From Candidatus Lernaella stagnicola (GTDB lineage: Bacteria > Lernaellota > Lernaellaia > Lernaellales > Lernaellaceae): a DNA stretch of 64,000 nucleotides. A program made the translations under genes and the position numbers. The stretch spans positions 177,286 through 241,285 of the forward strand of contig JAVCCK010000020.1 of NCBI GenBank assembly GCA_030765525.1, in the 5' to 3' direction. Shown here piece after piece: positions 30,100 to 38,961 of the stretch (the first letter of the stretch is position 1; every line of letters starts with the position of its first letter). Under the pieces are notes generated by a model. The model searched no databases. It worked only from the letters and a program-made list of their open reading frames with translations, and had not been told where the DNA came from.

Positions 30100-30316
30100 T
30101 CGTTCACTCCTTTGGGAAAAGACATAAGCCGCTTGCCACCATTCTTGACTAGTTTTTCGCCGGGGAGACTCGCCGCCGAGCGTCGCAATGTGCCGCGCTA
30201 CGACACCCTGGGAGTAGCCCATGAAACGAAGGCGAGTCTAGGCCCGAGCCGTGCTTTTGTAAAGACCCGAAGAGGCCGAAACTGGCTAAAAAAAGGGCAT
30301 CGATGTGTCGGGATTC

Positions 30317-30646
30317 TTAATTCGTGGTGGTGTCTTTTGCCGGGGTTTTACTCTCGGAAGTCGTGGTCGTGCTCTTGGGCTTCTCGTCGGATTTCTCGGC
30401 CTTCGCAGTCGCGCCGTCGCCGTTCGTGCCGTTGCCGTTGGCCCCCGCGGCACCCGGCTTCTTGGCCTTGTAATCGGTTACGTACCAGCCCGAACCCTTC
30501 AGTAGAAAAGTGGATTGGCTGACCATTTTCCGCAGCGAACCGGCGGCGCCGCAATGCGGGCAGTCGGTCAAAGGCGGGTCGGTAATGCGCTGAATTTTCT
30601 CGACATGCGCATGGCAGACGGAACAGGTGTATTCGTAAATCGGCAT
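30317..30646 (-). CDS. FmdB-family zinc-ribbon protein with low-complexity C-terminal tail
   Basis: MPIYEYTCSVCHA...CPHCG two CxxC pairs; tail rich in G/N/T/K. Confidence 0.7.
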   Translation of the reverse strand: MPIYEYTCSVCHAHVEKIQRITDPPLTDCPHCGAAGSLRKMVSQSTFLLKGSGWYVTDYKAKKPGAAGANGNGTNGDGATAKAEKSDEKPKSTTTTSESKTPAKDTTTN

Positions 30647-30795
30647 CGCTTCCACACCTCGAAGAGGGCAAGCCCTCGAAAACCGCGGAAACTATAAGAA
30701 TTCCACAACTTTTGTCAAGCGTGTCCTCACCGCTTGCAAAGCGCGGGCAAAAAAACGATCATCCAAATCGAGTTTGCATGCCAGGGGAGGGACGC

Positions 30796-30987
30796 ATGAT
30801 TTTCGGCATCAACTGGATCTGGATTGCCGTTGTGTTGGCGGTTGTGGTCGTGATTTTGGCGATCGTGACCAAGCGCTCGGACATCATCATTATGCTGGTT
30901 GTCGTCGGCCTGGGGCTGTGGGTGCTCTCCCACGTTCACGTGTGCGGCGTGCCGGCCGGAATCCCCTTCGCAGGCTTCCTACTGTGA
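30796..30987 (+). CDS. Small hydrophobic membrane protein
   Basis: 63 aa, two TM helices; GGGGAGG RBS before ATG 30796; the upstream in-frame extension was rejected. Confidence 0.35.
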   Translation: MIFGINWIWIAVVLAVVVVILAIVTKRSDIIIMLVVVGLGLWVLSHVHVCGVPAGIPFAGFLL

Positions 30988-31706
30988 CAGGAAAGTGGGC
31001 GTTCATCGCGGTGCTCGCGGCCTTTTTGGTGGCGACGGCGCTATGGTTGAACCGACCCTCCGCGAACGCCGAGGAAAGCCTCGTCGATTGTGCGCGGCAG
31101 GAAAGCCTTCGTAATTTCAGCACCTTCAAAGACTACACTTGCCGCATCCAGAGCCATCGCAAGGTCTGGAAGACCGACGGCGTCCTGCATAAGCGCAACT
31201 ATCTCCTGAAAAAGTTGCTGGTGCTGCAACCGGACAAGCGGCGCGAAGTTTTCGTGGAAGGCACCTTGAACGGCGAAAAGGCCGAGGAGAAGGATTTCAT
31301 CTTCGAGCGCCTGGGTTTCGACAAAGGGCTCGACATTTCCGACATCGAGTGCTTTCGCCCCGACGCCGCGGGCAGGTTCGCCTTCGAAGAGCGGCCGGAT
31401 CGAGTCATCGCGTTTCGGTCACTGGCGCCCGGCAAGACCAAGCTGCAAACCGGCAAAATTAACCTCGCGTCCGACTCCTGCCGCGTCGTGCGTATAAGCG
31501 GGCGCTTCGTCCACCGCAAAATCGTCAATAACGAGGTCGATTTCGTCACGACCTTCCGGCCGGTCGCCAAAAGCGTCTGGCTACCCAGCGACATGTCCGT
31601 TTCAGGAACGGTGAATCTGGGGATCATCAAGCGGCGCATCGAAGCGAAAAAAGAGTTTCTCGACTACCGCCTGAACGTGGGCCTGACCGCCGCCGATTTC
31701 GACTGA
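30984..31706 (+). CDS. Hypothetical exported protein (possible LolA-like fold)
   Basis: GTG start overlapping the upstream stop (GTGA); N-terminal signal peptide; no catalytic motif. Confidence 0.45.
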   Translation: MTGKWAFIAVLAAFLVATALWLNRPSANAEESLVDCARQESLRNFSTFKDYTCRIQSHRKVWKTDGVLHKRNYLLKKLLVLQPDKRREVFVEGTLNGEKAEEKDFIFERLGFDKGLDISDIECFRPDAAGRFAFEERPDRVIAFRSLAPGKTKLQTGKINLASDSCRVVRISGRFVHRKIVNNEVDFVTTFRPVAKSVWLPSDMSVSGTVNLGIIKRRIEAKKEFLDYRLNVGLTAADFD

Positions 31707-31732
31707 TTTTCTAAACAAATTGCGTGATGACC

Positions 31733-32104
31733 CTACCGCGTCGCCGGAGAAACGGTGACCGTGTGCTGCGGTGAGTCCGGGTCGCAAGTGACGGTCAGAA
31801 TTTGCATGACGCGCGGGAAACCGATGCCGTCCAGGATGATCTCGCGGCCCTGGTCATCGTGGATTGACGGGGCGAAATCGGTGTCATCGTCGTTATTATT
31901 GTCATTATCGGTGTCGTCAGCGTCATTATTCTCGTCATCGACCGCGTCGTCGTCGTCATCGATTGTGTCGTCGTCATCATCGAAGACACCGCTGTTGTCG
32001 ACGAAATCCTCGTCATCCGAGGACTCCTTATCGCGAGCGAGGCCGGATACGAGGCATGCGATCAAAACGAAAAGCAGCAGGAAGCGGGATTATTGGACTT
32101 TCAT
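31733..32104 (-). pseudogene. Poly-Asp/Asn lipoprotein gene interrupted by an in-frame TAA at codon 5
   Basis: ATG 32104 with GGGAGG RBS, then AAA GTC CAA TAA, then in-frame SRFLLLFVLIACLVSG (signal peptide and lipobox) and a D/N tract; the only ORF-track start is TTG 32065, which would delete the signal peptide. Confidence 0.45.
31880..32030 (-). repeat. Imperfect trinucleotide tract encoding poly-Asp/Asn
   Basis: gtcatc/gttatt codon runs on the plus strand. Confidence 0.75.
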
Positions 32105-32135
32105 GAGGCGCCTCCCGCGGCGCGTAAACGCGATA

Positions 32136-32738
32136 CTACTTTACCGCCACGACGTTCATGTTCAACGCGACGGTTTCGTCTTTGTAGGCCGCATGAGCGA
32201 CTTCGATTTTCTCGAAGCCGACCTCTTGCAGCAGGGCGAGAATCGAATCGCGGGTGAACAGGTCCTTGTGCAATTGCTGCGGCGAATTGTGCGGTTGGGG
32301 ATCGCCATGGGAAAAACGGTAGACCTCGAAAAGATCGAACGTGGAGCCGACGATGCCCGGCTTTTTATCGCGGTAGGCTTCGATGAGTACGTCGAAGTCC
32401 GGCAGCCAATTGATGACGAGCCGCCCGCCGGGCTGCAAGGCGCGATGCACATGCGCCAAGAAGTCTTTTTGCTGCCAGCGGTATAAGTGCTCGAAAACGG
32501 CGTCGAGCCTGATTTCTTCGAAGTGGTCGGATTCAAGCCAGTACGGATCGCCGATATCGGCCACGAAATCCGTGGCGACGGTCGGCACGATGTCCACGTT
32601 GAAGTAGCCCTCGAAACGGGCACCGCCGCAGCCGAGATTCAATTTGCGCACGCCGTGAAAACGGCGCCGTATCCGCCGGTAGCGTAGGCCGGTCCAAGCT
32701 CTTTTCAGCGCCGCGAGCGCTCGCCGAACGATTCGCAT
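32136..32738 (-). CDS. Class I SAM-dependent methyltransferase
   Basis: LNLGCGG motif I and acidic motif II (VINWLPDFD). Confidence 0.7.
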   Translation of the reverse strand: MRIVRRALAALKRAWTGLRYRRIRRRFHGVRKLNLGCGGARFEGYFNVDIVPTVATDFVADIGDPYWLESDHFEEIRLDAVFEHLYRWQQKDFLAHVHRALQPGGRLVINWLPDFDVLIEAYRDKKPGIVGSTFDLFEVYRFSHGDPQPHNSPQQLHKDLFTRDSILALLQEVGFEKIEVAHAAYKDETVALNMNVVAVK

Positions 32739-32757
32739 TCCGAGCCGCCTCCGGTTG

Positions 32758-33900
32758 TTAGTCCGCGAGCAGGTCGCGGGCGATGACGATGCGCTGCACT
32801 TCGCTCGTGCCTTCGTAGATCGTCACCACGCGGGCGTCGCGCATCAGGCGTTCGACAAGGTACTCTTTCGTGTAGCCGTAGCCGCCGTGAATCTGGACCG
32901 CCTCGCGCACGATGTCCTGCAGATTTTCGGCGGCGAACAATTTGGCCATCGATGCCTCGCGCGAAAACTTCAAGCCGGATTGCTTGCGCCAGGCAGCCTG
33001 CAAGGTCAGCAAACGCGCCGCCTCGAGGTTCGTAGCCATGTCGGCCAGCTTCCACTGAATGGCCTGCATCTTGGCCAACGGTTTGCCGAATTGTTCGCGC
33101 ACCTTGGCGTAACTAGCCGCTTCGGCGATCGCCGCCGCGCCGATGCCGATGCACTGGCTGGAAATGCCGATGCGCCCGCCGTCCAGCGCCATCATGGCGA
33201 TCTTGAAGCCGCCGCCCAACTCGCCCAGCAGGTTGTCTTTGGGGATACGGCAATCTTCGAAAGCCAGCGCGACGGTGTTGCTGCCGCGCAGCCCGAGTTT
33301 GTGCTCTTCCTTGCCGACGATCAGTCCCGGCGTGTCCTTTTCCACGAGAAACGCGCTGATGCCCTTCGGGCCGGGGTCGTCGCTGGTGCGCGCCCAGACA
33401 ACCATCACCGAGCAAAACGCGCCGTGGCTAATGAAAATCTTGCTGCCGTTAAGCACCCAGTGGTCGCCGTCCAGCACCGCCTTGGTGCGCAGCGCCGCGG
33501 CGTCGCTGCCCGCGCCGGGTTCCGAGAGCGAGAACGAGCCCATCGGGAACTCGCCGGAGACAACCTTCGGGATGAACGTCCGTTTTTGCTCCTCGGTGCC
33601 GAAGGCGTTGATCGCTTCGGCCACCATGTTGGTGACGCTCATCGTCACGGCGGTCGAGGCGCAGGCTTTGGCCACTTCGGTAATCGCCAGCGAGAGGGCT
33701 ACCGCGCCCATGGGGCTGCCGCCGTATTCTTCTGGCACGTTGATGCCCATCAAGCCCAGTTCTGACATTTTGCGGATGGATTCGAGCGGAAAGCGCTCGG
33801 TTTGGTCTATTTCGGCGGCCTGAGCTTTGAGTTCGTTGTCGGCGAAGTCACGGACCATGTCCACGAGCATGCGTTGGTCGTCGTTAATCTCAAAATGCAT
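32758..33900 (-). CDS. Acyl-CoA dehydrogenase
   Basis: Full-length ACAD pattern (EYGGSPMG, FISHG, YAKVREQFGKPLAKMQAIQWK, GGYGYTKEYLVERLMRDAR); start at ATG 33900. Confidence 0.85.
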   Translation of the reverse strand: MHFEINDDQRMLVDMVRDFADNELKAQAAEIDQTERFPLESIRKMSELGLMGINVPEEYGGSPMGAVALSLAITEVAKACASTAVTMSVTNMVAEAINAFGTEEQKRTFIPKVVSGEFPMGSFSLSEPGAGSDAAALRTKAVLDGDHWVLNGSKIFISHGAFCSVMVVWARTSDDPGPKGISAFLVEKDTPGLIVGKEEHKLGLRGSNTVALAFEDCRIPKDNLLGELGGGFKIAMMALDGGRIGISSQCIGIGAAAIAEAASYAKVREQFGKPLAKMQAIQWKLADMATNLEAARLLTLQAAWRKQSGLKFSREASMAKLFAAENLQDIVREAVQIHGGYGYTKEYLVERLMRDARVVTIYEGTSEVQRIVIARDLLAD

Positions 33901-34063
33901 GTATTTCCCCTGCGATTGCGAGCGAATGAAGCGTTCAGTCACGGCAAATGGTATCGGCTTTCCGGAAAATTGCAAACTGGCGGATTCATGGGGGCGGGAG
34001 TGTCGCACACCCGAATAAAATGATACAAAAAGCGTTCCGACGGTTTCCAGACAAAGGAGTCAG

Positions 34064-34522
34064 GTGATGAAGCAGCGGTGGATTATTCCGGCTTTTGTCT
34101 TGATTGCGGCGGTGGCTTGTCTACCATTTGCCTGCGGTGACGACGATGATGACGATGGCGGCGGACCGGCGGCCGGCTCCGACGTGTGCAGCGATTTGGG
34201 CGACTTGCCGGTTAGCTCAGGGACGATGACCGGCGGATTCACGTTCGACGGCGCCTCGGGTAGCTTCCCGTTGTCGATCACACTCGACGGCGATAACCGT
34301 CAATTGACCGGCACGTTGAGCTTCTCGGATTCCGGCAGTTCCTATTCCGGCAATTGCGCGGGGTATTGGGATTTGGACGGTTACCTGTTCGGCTCATGCG
34401 GCGCGACGAACGGGTCGGATTTTATCGATATCGATATTTTTGGAGACATCGGCGAGAACGGTTCGTGCGGCGCTTGGAATAACGACTTCGGCCAGTCCGG
34501 AGACTACTGGGTCGCACGTTAG
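34064..34522 (+). CDS. Small lipoprotein with poly-Asp linker
   Basis: Signal peptide with lipobox (LPFACG) followed by DDDDDDGGG; 152 aa. Confidence 0.55.
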   Translation: MMKQRWIIPAFVLIAAVACLPFACGDDDDDDGGGPAAGSDVCSDLGDLPVSSGTMTGGFTFDGASGSFPLSITLDGDNRQLTGTLSFSDSGSSYSGNCAGYWDLDGYLFGSCGATNGSDFIDIDIFGDIGENGSCGAWNNDFGQSGDYWVAR

Positions 34523-34677
34523 CTGAAAGCGGAAATTTGATCGAAAAGGCTCACGTTATCGTGGGCCTTTTTTGTCCCGTCATTTGCGCTTTGCGACAAA
34601 GAGAGTACATTCTTCCAACGAAAAACAATGGCCGGCGCGCCGCCACAGACGGCGTCCGGGACCGCAGCGAGGCACAC

Positions 34678-35820
34678 ATGGATTGGCAGCTTAGCGACGA
34701 CCACCGCATGGTTGTGGATATGGTAAAAGATTTCGCGGCGAACGAACTCGCGCCGCAAGCGGCCGAGCTGGATCAAACCGGCCGTTTCCCCATGGAATCC
34801 TTCGTACATATGGCCGAGCTGGGCCTGATGGGCATGAACGCGCCGGAAGAATACGGCGGCAGCCCCATGGGCACGGTGGCGCTGTCGCTGGCGATCACCG
34901 AGGTGGCCAAAGCCTGCGCCTCGACCGCCGTCACGATGGCCGTGACCAACATGGTCGCCGAGCAGATCGACCTCTGGGGCACCGAGGCCCAAAAGAAGGC
35001 GTTTATTCCGCAAGTCGTCGGCGGTGGTCAGCCGATCGGCGCGTTTTGTCTTACCGAACCCGACGCGGGCAGCGACGCGGGAGCCGTGGCCACGACCGCC
35101 GTGCTCGACGGCAACCAGTGGGTGCTCAACGGCACGAAGACATTCATCAGCCACGGCGAATATGCCTCAGTCTATATTGTCTGGGCGAGGACCGGCGACC
35201 TGCCGCGCGCGTCCGGCTTGACGGCGTTTCTAATCGAGGGCGGCACGCCGGGCATAAAGGTGACGCGGCAGATCAAGAAAATGGGGCAGCATGGCTCCAA
35301 TACCGTCGAAATGGCGTTCGAGGACTGCCGCATTCCGAAAGACAACGTGTTGGGCGAAGTCAACGGCGGCTTTCGTATCGCGATGACCGGCCTGGACGGT
35401 GGGCGCATCAACGTGGCCAGCCAGGCGCTCGGCATCGGTTTGGCGGCGCTGGAGGCGAGCGTCGAATACGCGAAAGTGCGCGAACAGTTCGGCAAGCCGC
35501 TGGCCAAGATGCAGGCCATTCAATGGAAGATCGCTGACATGGCGACTTTGCTCGAGGCGGGGCGTCAATTGATTCTGCAAGCCGCGTGGCTCAAGGAGCA
35601 GGGCAAGCGCCACACCCGCCAGGCCGCGATGGCCAAGTACTTCGTCACCGATCGCCTGCAACAGATTGTGCGCGAGGCGGTGCAGATTCACGGCGGCTAC
35701 GGCTACACCAAGGAATACGTGGTCGAACGCCTCATGCGTGACGCGCGAATCACCACGATCTACGAGGGTACGAACGAGATTCAGCGCATCGTCATCGCTC
35801 GCGAGTTGCTTGCGGATTAA
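34678..35820 (+). CDS. Acyl-CoA dehydrogenase (paralog of 32758..33900)
   Basis: Roughly 70% identical by eye to the divergently oriented ACAD; same motifs; start at ATG 34678. Confidence 0.85.
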   Translation: MDWQLSDDHRMVVDMVKDFAANELAPQAAELDQTGRFPMESFVHMAELGLMGMNAPEEYGGSPMGTVALSLAITEVAKACASTAVTMAVTNMVAEQIDLWGTEAQKKAFIPQVVGGGQPIGAFCLTEPDAGSDAGAVATTAVLDGNQWVLNGTKTFISHGEYASVYIVWARTGDLPRASGLTAFLIEGGTPGIKVTRQIKKMGQHGSNTVEMAFEDCRIPKDNVLGEVNGGFRIAMTGLDGGRINVASQALGIGLAALEASVEYAKVREQFGKPLAKMQAIQWKIADMATLLEAGRQLILQAAWLKEQGKRHTRQAAMAKYFVTDRLQQIVREAVQIHGGYGYTKEYVVERLMRDARITTIYEGTNEIQRIVIARELLAD

Positions 35821-36143
35821 TTGGCCGGCGCGTTTTCCGATTCCAGTTCGTCCAGGAATGCCGCGTGCAGACCGCTCATGACGATATCCGTGAATGCCTC
35901 CAAAGACAGCATGGGGTGTGCGGCATAGAGGCCGACCTGAATTTCGGGGGCGATGTGCAGGAAGCAATCCTGGTCGCGACCCTCGGTGCAGGGGCAGTGA
36001 TCGGCCATCAAGATGCGGTGCATGGTATCGCGCCAGGCACGATACGTGATGAGGTCGGCCACGTCGCCGGTGGTGTTGAAGGCGATGCCTTGGGCTGCCA
36101 TTAAGGCGCCGTCCCGCAGAAGTTGAGTTTCTTCCTGTCGCAT
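35817..36143 (-). CDS. Small hypothetical protein, paralog A (conserved CxC...C/His)
   Basis: 108 aa; shares NTTG..ADLI..WR..HR.L...C.C..G....CFL...AF.D.VM.GL with the adjacent paralog. Confidence 0.5.
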   Translation of the reverse strand: MRQEETQLLRDGALMAAQGIAFNTTGDVADLITYRAWRDTMHRILMADHCPCTEGRDQDCFLHIAPEIQVGLYAAHPMLSLEAFTDIVMSGLHAAFLDELESENAPAN

Positions 36144-36262
36144 GATTCGCTCTCCTTTTCTTTTCCCCCTTCCATGGGGTTATTGCGACTACCCGTCCCT
36201 GAGCGGCGTCTTCTTGCACCATAAGGACCAAATTGCGAATGACCAGCGACAGCGTGAATTTA

Positions 36263-36583
36263 TTAATGATCGGCGGGAACGAACATTTCGAAGAGGCCCT
36301 CCATCACCATGTCATGAAAGGCTTGGAGCGCGAACAGGTCGTGATCGGCCAGGGCTTTTTGCTGCTCGGCCTCGGGCCAGCGGAGGAAACAATGCTCGGC
36401 GTCGCCCCGGACGCATGCGCAACCGTTGAGCTGAAGCACGCGGTGAATCGCCTCGCGCCACACGTCCAGCACGATCAGATCGGCCCGCGCGCCGGTGGTG
36501 TTGTGCACGATACGCCGTGCCGCTTCCAGCAAGGCATCGCGGAGAATCACGCTTTCTTCTTCGGTGATCGTCAGTGGGTTCAT
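36263..36583 (-). CDS. Small hypothetical protein, paralog B (conserved CxC...C/His)
   Basis: 106 aa; tandem paralog of 35817..36143. Confidence 0.5.
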   Translation of the reverse strand: MNPLTITEEESVILRDALLEAARRIVHNTTGARADLIVLDVWREAIHRVLQLNGCACVRGDAEHCFLRWPEAEQQKALADHDLFALQAFHDMVMEGLFEMFVPADH

Positions 36584-36632
36584 CGCGCGCGATATCCCCT
36601 GGACAAGCGAAGGGATCTTGAAGGTCGTTCGT

Positions 36633-37418
36633 CTATTCGAGCGTTTCGTCGGTCAAGAAGCGTTCGGTAAAGTAGGCGTCGTCAATCTTCACATCCACTT
36701 CGTATTCTTCGAGCCTGAGTATGGTGGAGGCGCCCTTTAGCAGGTCGCTCATTTTCGTGTCTTTGGCGACCCAAGTGCCGTCGGAGCGCTTCTCCACGCC
36801 CGAGACTTCGAGCCGTTTCCAGAGCTTGCCCTTCTTATCGTAGAACTCGCCTTTGATGGGCAGGAAGTTGTCCTTGCGCACCCAGTAAACCAGTTTCGAG
36901 TAAATTTCGTCGTCGAGATTCTGCGGGACGGTCTCCACGACGTAGCAATCCTGGCCGTCGAGAACAGCATCGGCGAGGCGCTGATGGGCTCCTTGGTCCG
37001 GATCGTGGGTTTGCAGGTCGGCGTAGGCAAAGGTCGAGCCCATGAAATTGCCCGACTTATTCGATGACGTGATCCGCTTGACCTTCTTGAGCGCCGGCAG
37101 GAAGAGACGCTGATCGTCGTCGGCGTTTTTCTGCTCCACGATCAGGAACTTAGTGCCGCGCACATCCGGCGGGGCGAGGAAGGTCGTGACGGTGTGGCGC
37201 AAGCCGTTCTTTTCCTTGGTGCGCATTTTGATCTCGCGCACGCGCTCGCGGCCGTTTTTGTCGATGAGTATCATCTTGGCCGTCGTTTCGGCCGATTGGC
37301 TCTCGTTCTGTTTGGCCATCTTTTCCACGATCGCCTTGCCGTCGAGATCCGCCGCCGACACTACGGCCACCGCGATCACTAACGCCAATCCCACGCCGAG
37401 CAGTAAACGCAAACGCAT
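36633..37418 (-). CDS. Outer-membrane lipoprotein-sorting-protein-like (LolA-like) secreted protein
   Basis: Signal peptide from ATG 37418 (GGGAGGA RBS); composition and length fit the LolA-like family; assignment by resemblance only. Confidence 0.5.
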   Translation of the reverse strand: MRLRLLLGVGLALVIAVAVVSAADLDGKAIVEKMAKQNESQSAETTAKMILIDKNGRERVREIKMRTKEKNGLRHTVTTFLAPPDVRGTKFLIVEQKNADDDQRLFLPALKKVKRITSSNKSGNFMGSTFAYADLQTHDPDQGAHQRLADAVLDGQDCYVVETVPQNLDDEIYSKLVYWVRKDNFLPIKGEFYDKKGKLWKRLEVSGVEKRSDGTWVAKDTKMSDLLKGASTILRLEEYEVDVKIDDAYFTERFLTDETLE

Positions 37419-37539
37419 CAAGCTTCCTCCCGGTTTCATTATCGGCTGCATCTTGGCACGTCGGCCGCGTCGGCATCAACCCGCGTGCGCGAACCGGGCG
37501 GTCTTGCCTACCGGCTTCGGGCTGCTATCCTACTGCCCG

Positions 37540-38961
37540 ATGTGCAACCGTAGGTTTCTATTTATTCGCGTGGCGGCGGTGTTGCTTTTGGTGACGCTGG
37601 CGGTAGTGGTGTGTCTCGCGGCCTGCGACAAACGCGCCCGACTGCCGGACCGTAACGTCATTCTCGTCAGCATCGATTCCCTGCGTTTCGATCATGTGGG
37701 TTGTTACGGTTACCCCAAGCCGACCAGCCCGCGACTGGATGCGTGGGCGCGAAATGCGATGCGTTTTGAGTTCGCCTATGCCACGTCGCCCTGGACCCTG
37801 CCGAGCCACGCTTCGATGTTTACCGGCCTGTATACCGACGCCCACGGCGTGCGTTCCGCCAGGTCTAAGCTGAACGACGAATCCATGACGCTGGCGCGCG
37901 CTCTCTCGGACGCGGGCTATCGCACCGGCGGCGTGGTGTGTGCGCCGCTGCTCAAGAAAAAGTACGGTATGCACCAGGGCTTCGATTTCTACGACACCGA
38001 GTTGGTCGGCCGTAACGCCTTGGAGGCTCGCGTGGTGAAGGCGGGGCCTCGGGTGACCAACAAAGCGTTGGCGTGGCTGGACCGCAGCGGCGACAAGCCC
38101 TTCTTCCTCTTTTTGCACTATTGGGACGTTCACTACGATTACAATCCGCCCGCCAAGTACGCGGAGTTGTTCAACCCCGGGTACGAAGGCCCGGAGAACG
38201 GCGCGAGCATTCACGACCGCAAGGACATCACGCCGAAGATGGACAAGGCCGACTTTCGTCACCTCGTGGCGCTTTACGACGGCGAAATCCGCTTTACCGA
38301 CGACGCGCTCGGCGCGCTTTTCGACGGCCTGCGGGAACGCGGCCTGGACCGCAACACGGCGATCCTCATCGTCTCGGATCACGGCGAGGAATTCCTCGAC
38401 CACGGTTGGAAGGGCCATACGCGCACCTGCTACGAAGAAGTAGTGCGCATTCCTTTCCTGATCGAGGTCCCCTGGTTGGAAAAAGCGCGCGGCGTCAGTC
38501 AGGAGGCCGTGAGTCTCGTCGATATCTTTCCCACCGTGTTGGGATTGCTCGGCCGCCCGAAAGAAGGGCTGACGCTTCAGGGCGTCGATCTGAACCGGCT
38601 GCTCACCCACGGTACGCCGCCCGCGCCGCGCTCGTTGATGGCCGGTACGCAGCGGGGGCAGCCGGTACCCGAGGGCAAGGCGTACGAGTGGTCGACGCTG
38701 ATTGCGCGGGACCGGCAAAAGCTGCACGCCTTGAGCGGTCGCCGTTTCGACGAACAGTGGGTGTTCGATCTGCGAAACGACCCCGGTGAGAAAACGGACA
38801 TATCGGGTGGGAAGCCCGCCCTGACCGCAAAACTAGTGCAGGAGAATTCGCGGCGGCAAAGGTTGCACAAGCGATTACAGAAGGCGCTTAAAACCAGCGG
38901 CGAGTTTGAACTCGATGCCGAGTTGGCCGAAACGTTGAAGGGATTGGGGTATCTCAATTGA
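37540..38961 (+). CDS. Sulfatase-like hydrolase/transferase (alkaline phosphatase superfamily), lipoprotein
   Basis: VILVSIDSLRFDHVG...SPWTLPSHASMFTGLY...SDHGEEF; lipobox signal peptide from ATG 37540. Confidence 0.7.
   Translation: MCNRRFLFIRVAAVLLLVTLAVVVCLAACDKRARLPDRNVILVSIDSLRFDHVGCYGYPKPTSPRLDAWARNAMRFEFAYATSPWTLPSHASMFTGLYTDAHGVRSARSKLNDESMTLARALSDAGYRTGGVVCAPLLKKKYGMHQGFDFYDTELVGRNALEARVVKAGPRVTNKALAWLDRSGDKPFFLFLHYWDVHYDYNPPAKYAELFNPGYEGPENGASIHDRKDITPKMDKADFRHLVALYDGEIRFTDDALGALFDGLRERGLDRNTAILIVSDHGEEFLDHGWKGHTRTCYEEVVRIPFLIEVPWLEKARGVSQEAVSLVDIFPTVLGLLGRPKEGLTLQGVDLNRLLTHGTPPAPRSLMAGTQRGQPVPEGKAYEWSTLIARDRQKLHALSGRRFDEQWVFDLRNDPGEKTDISGGKPALTAKLVQENSRRQRLHKRLQKALKTSGEFELDAELAETLKGLGYLN

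Noticed and set aside
30100-30316. Possible glycine riboswitch in the 217-nt leader upstream of gcvH
   Set aside because: Reading the minus-strand leader I could not find the conserved aptamer elements (GGAGAG, ACCGAAGGGGCAA-type core); only a weak GC-rich hairpin is present. A covariance-model scan would be decisive.
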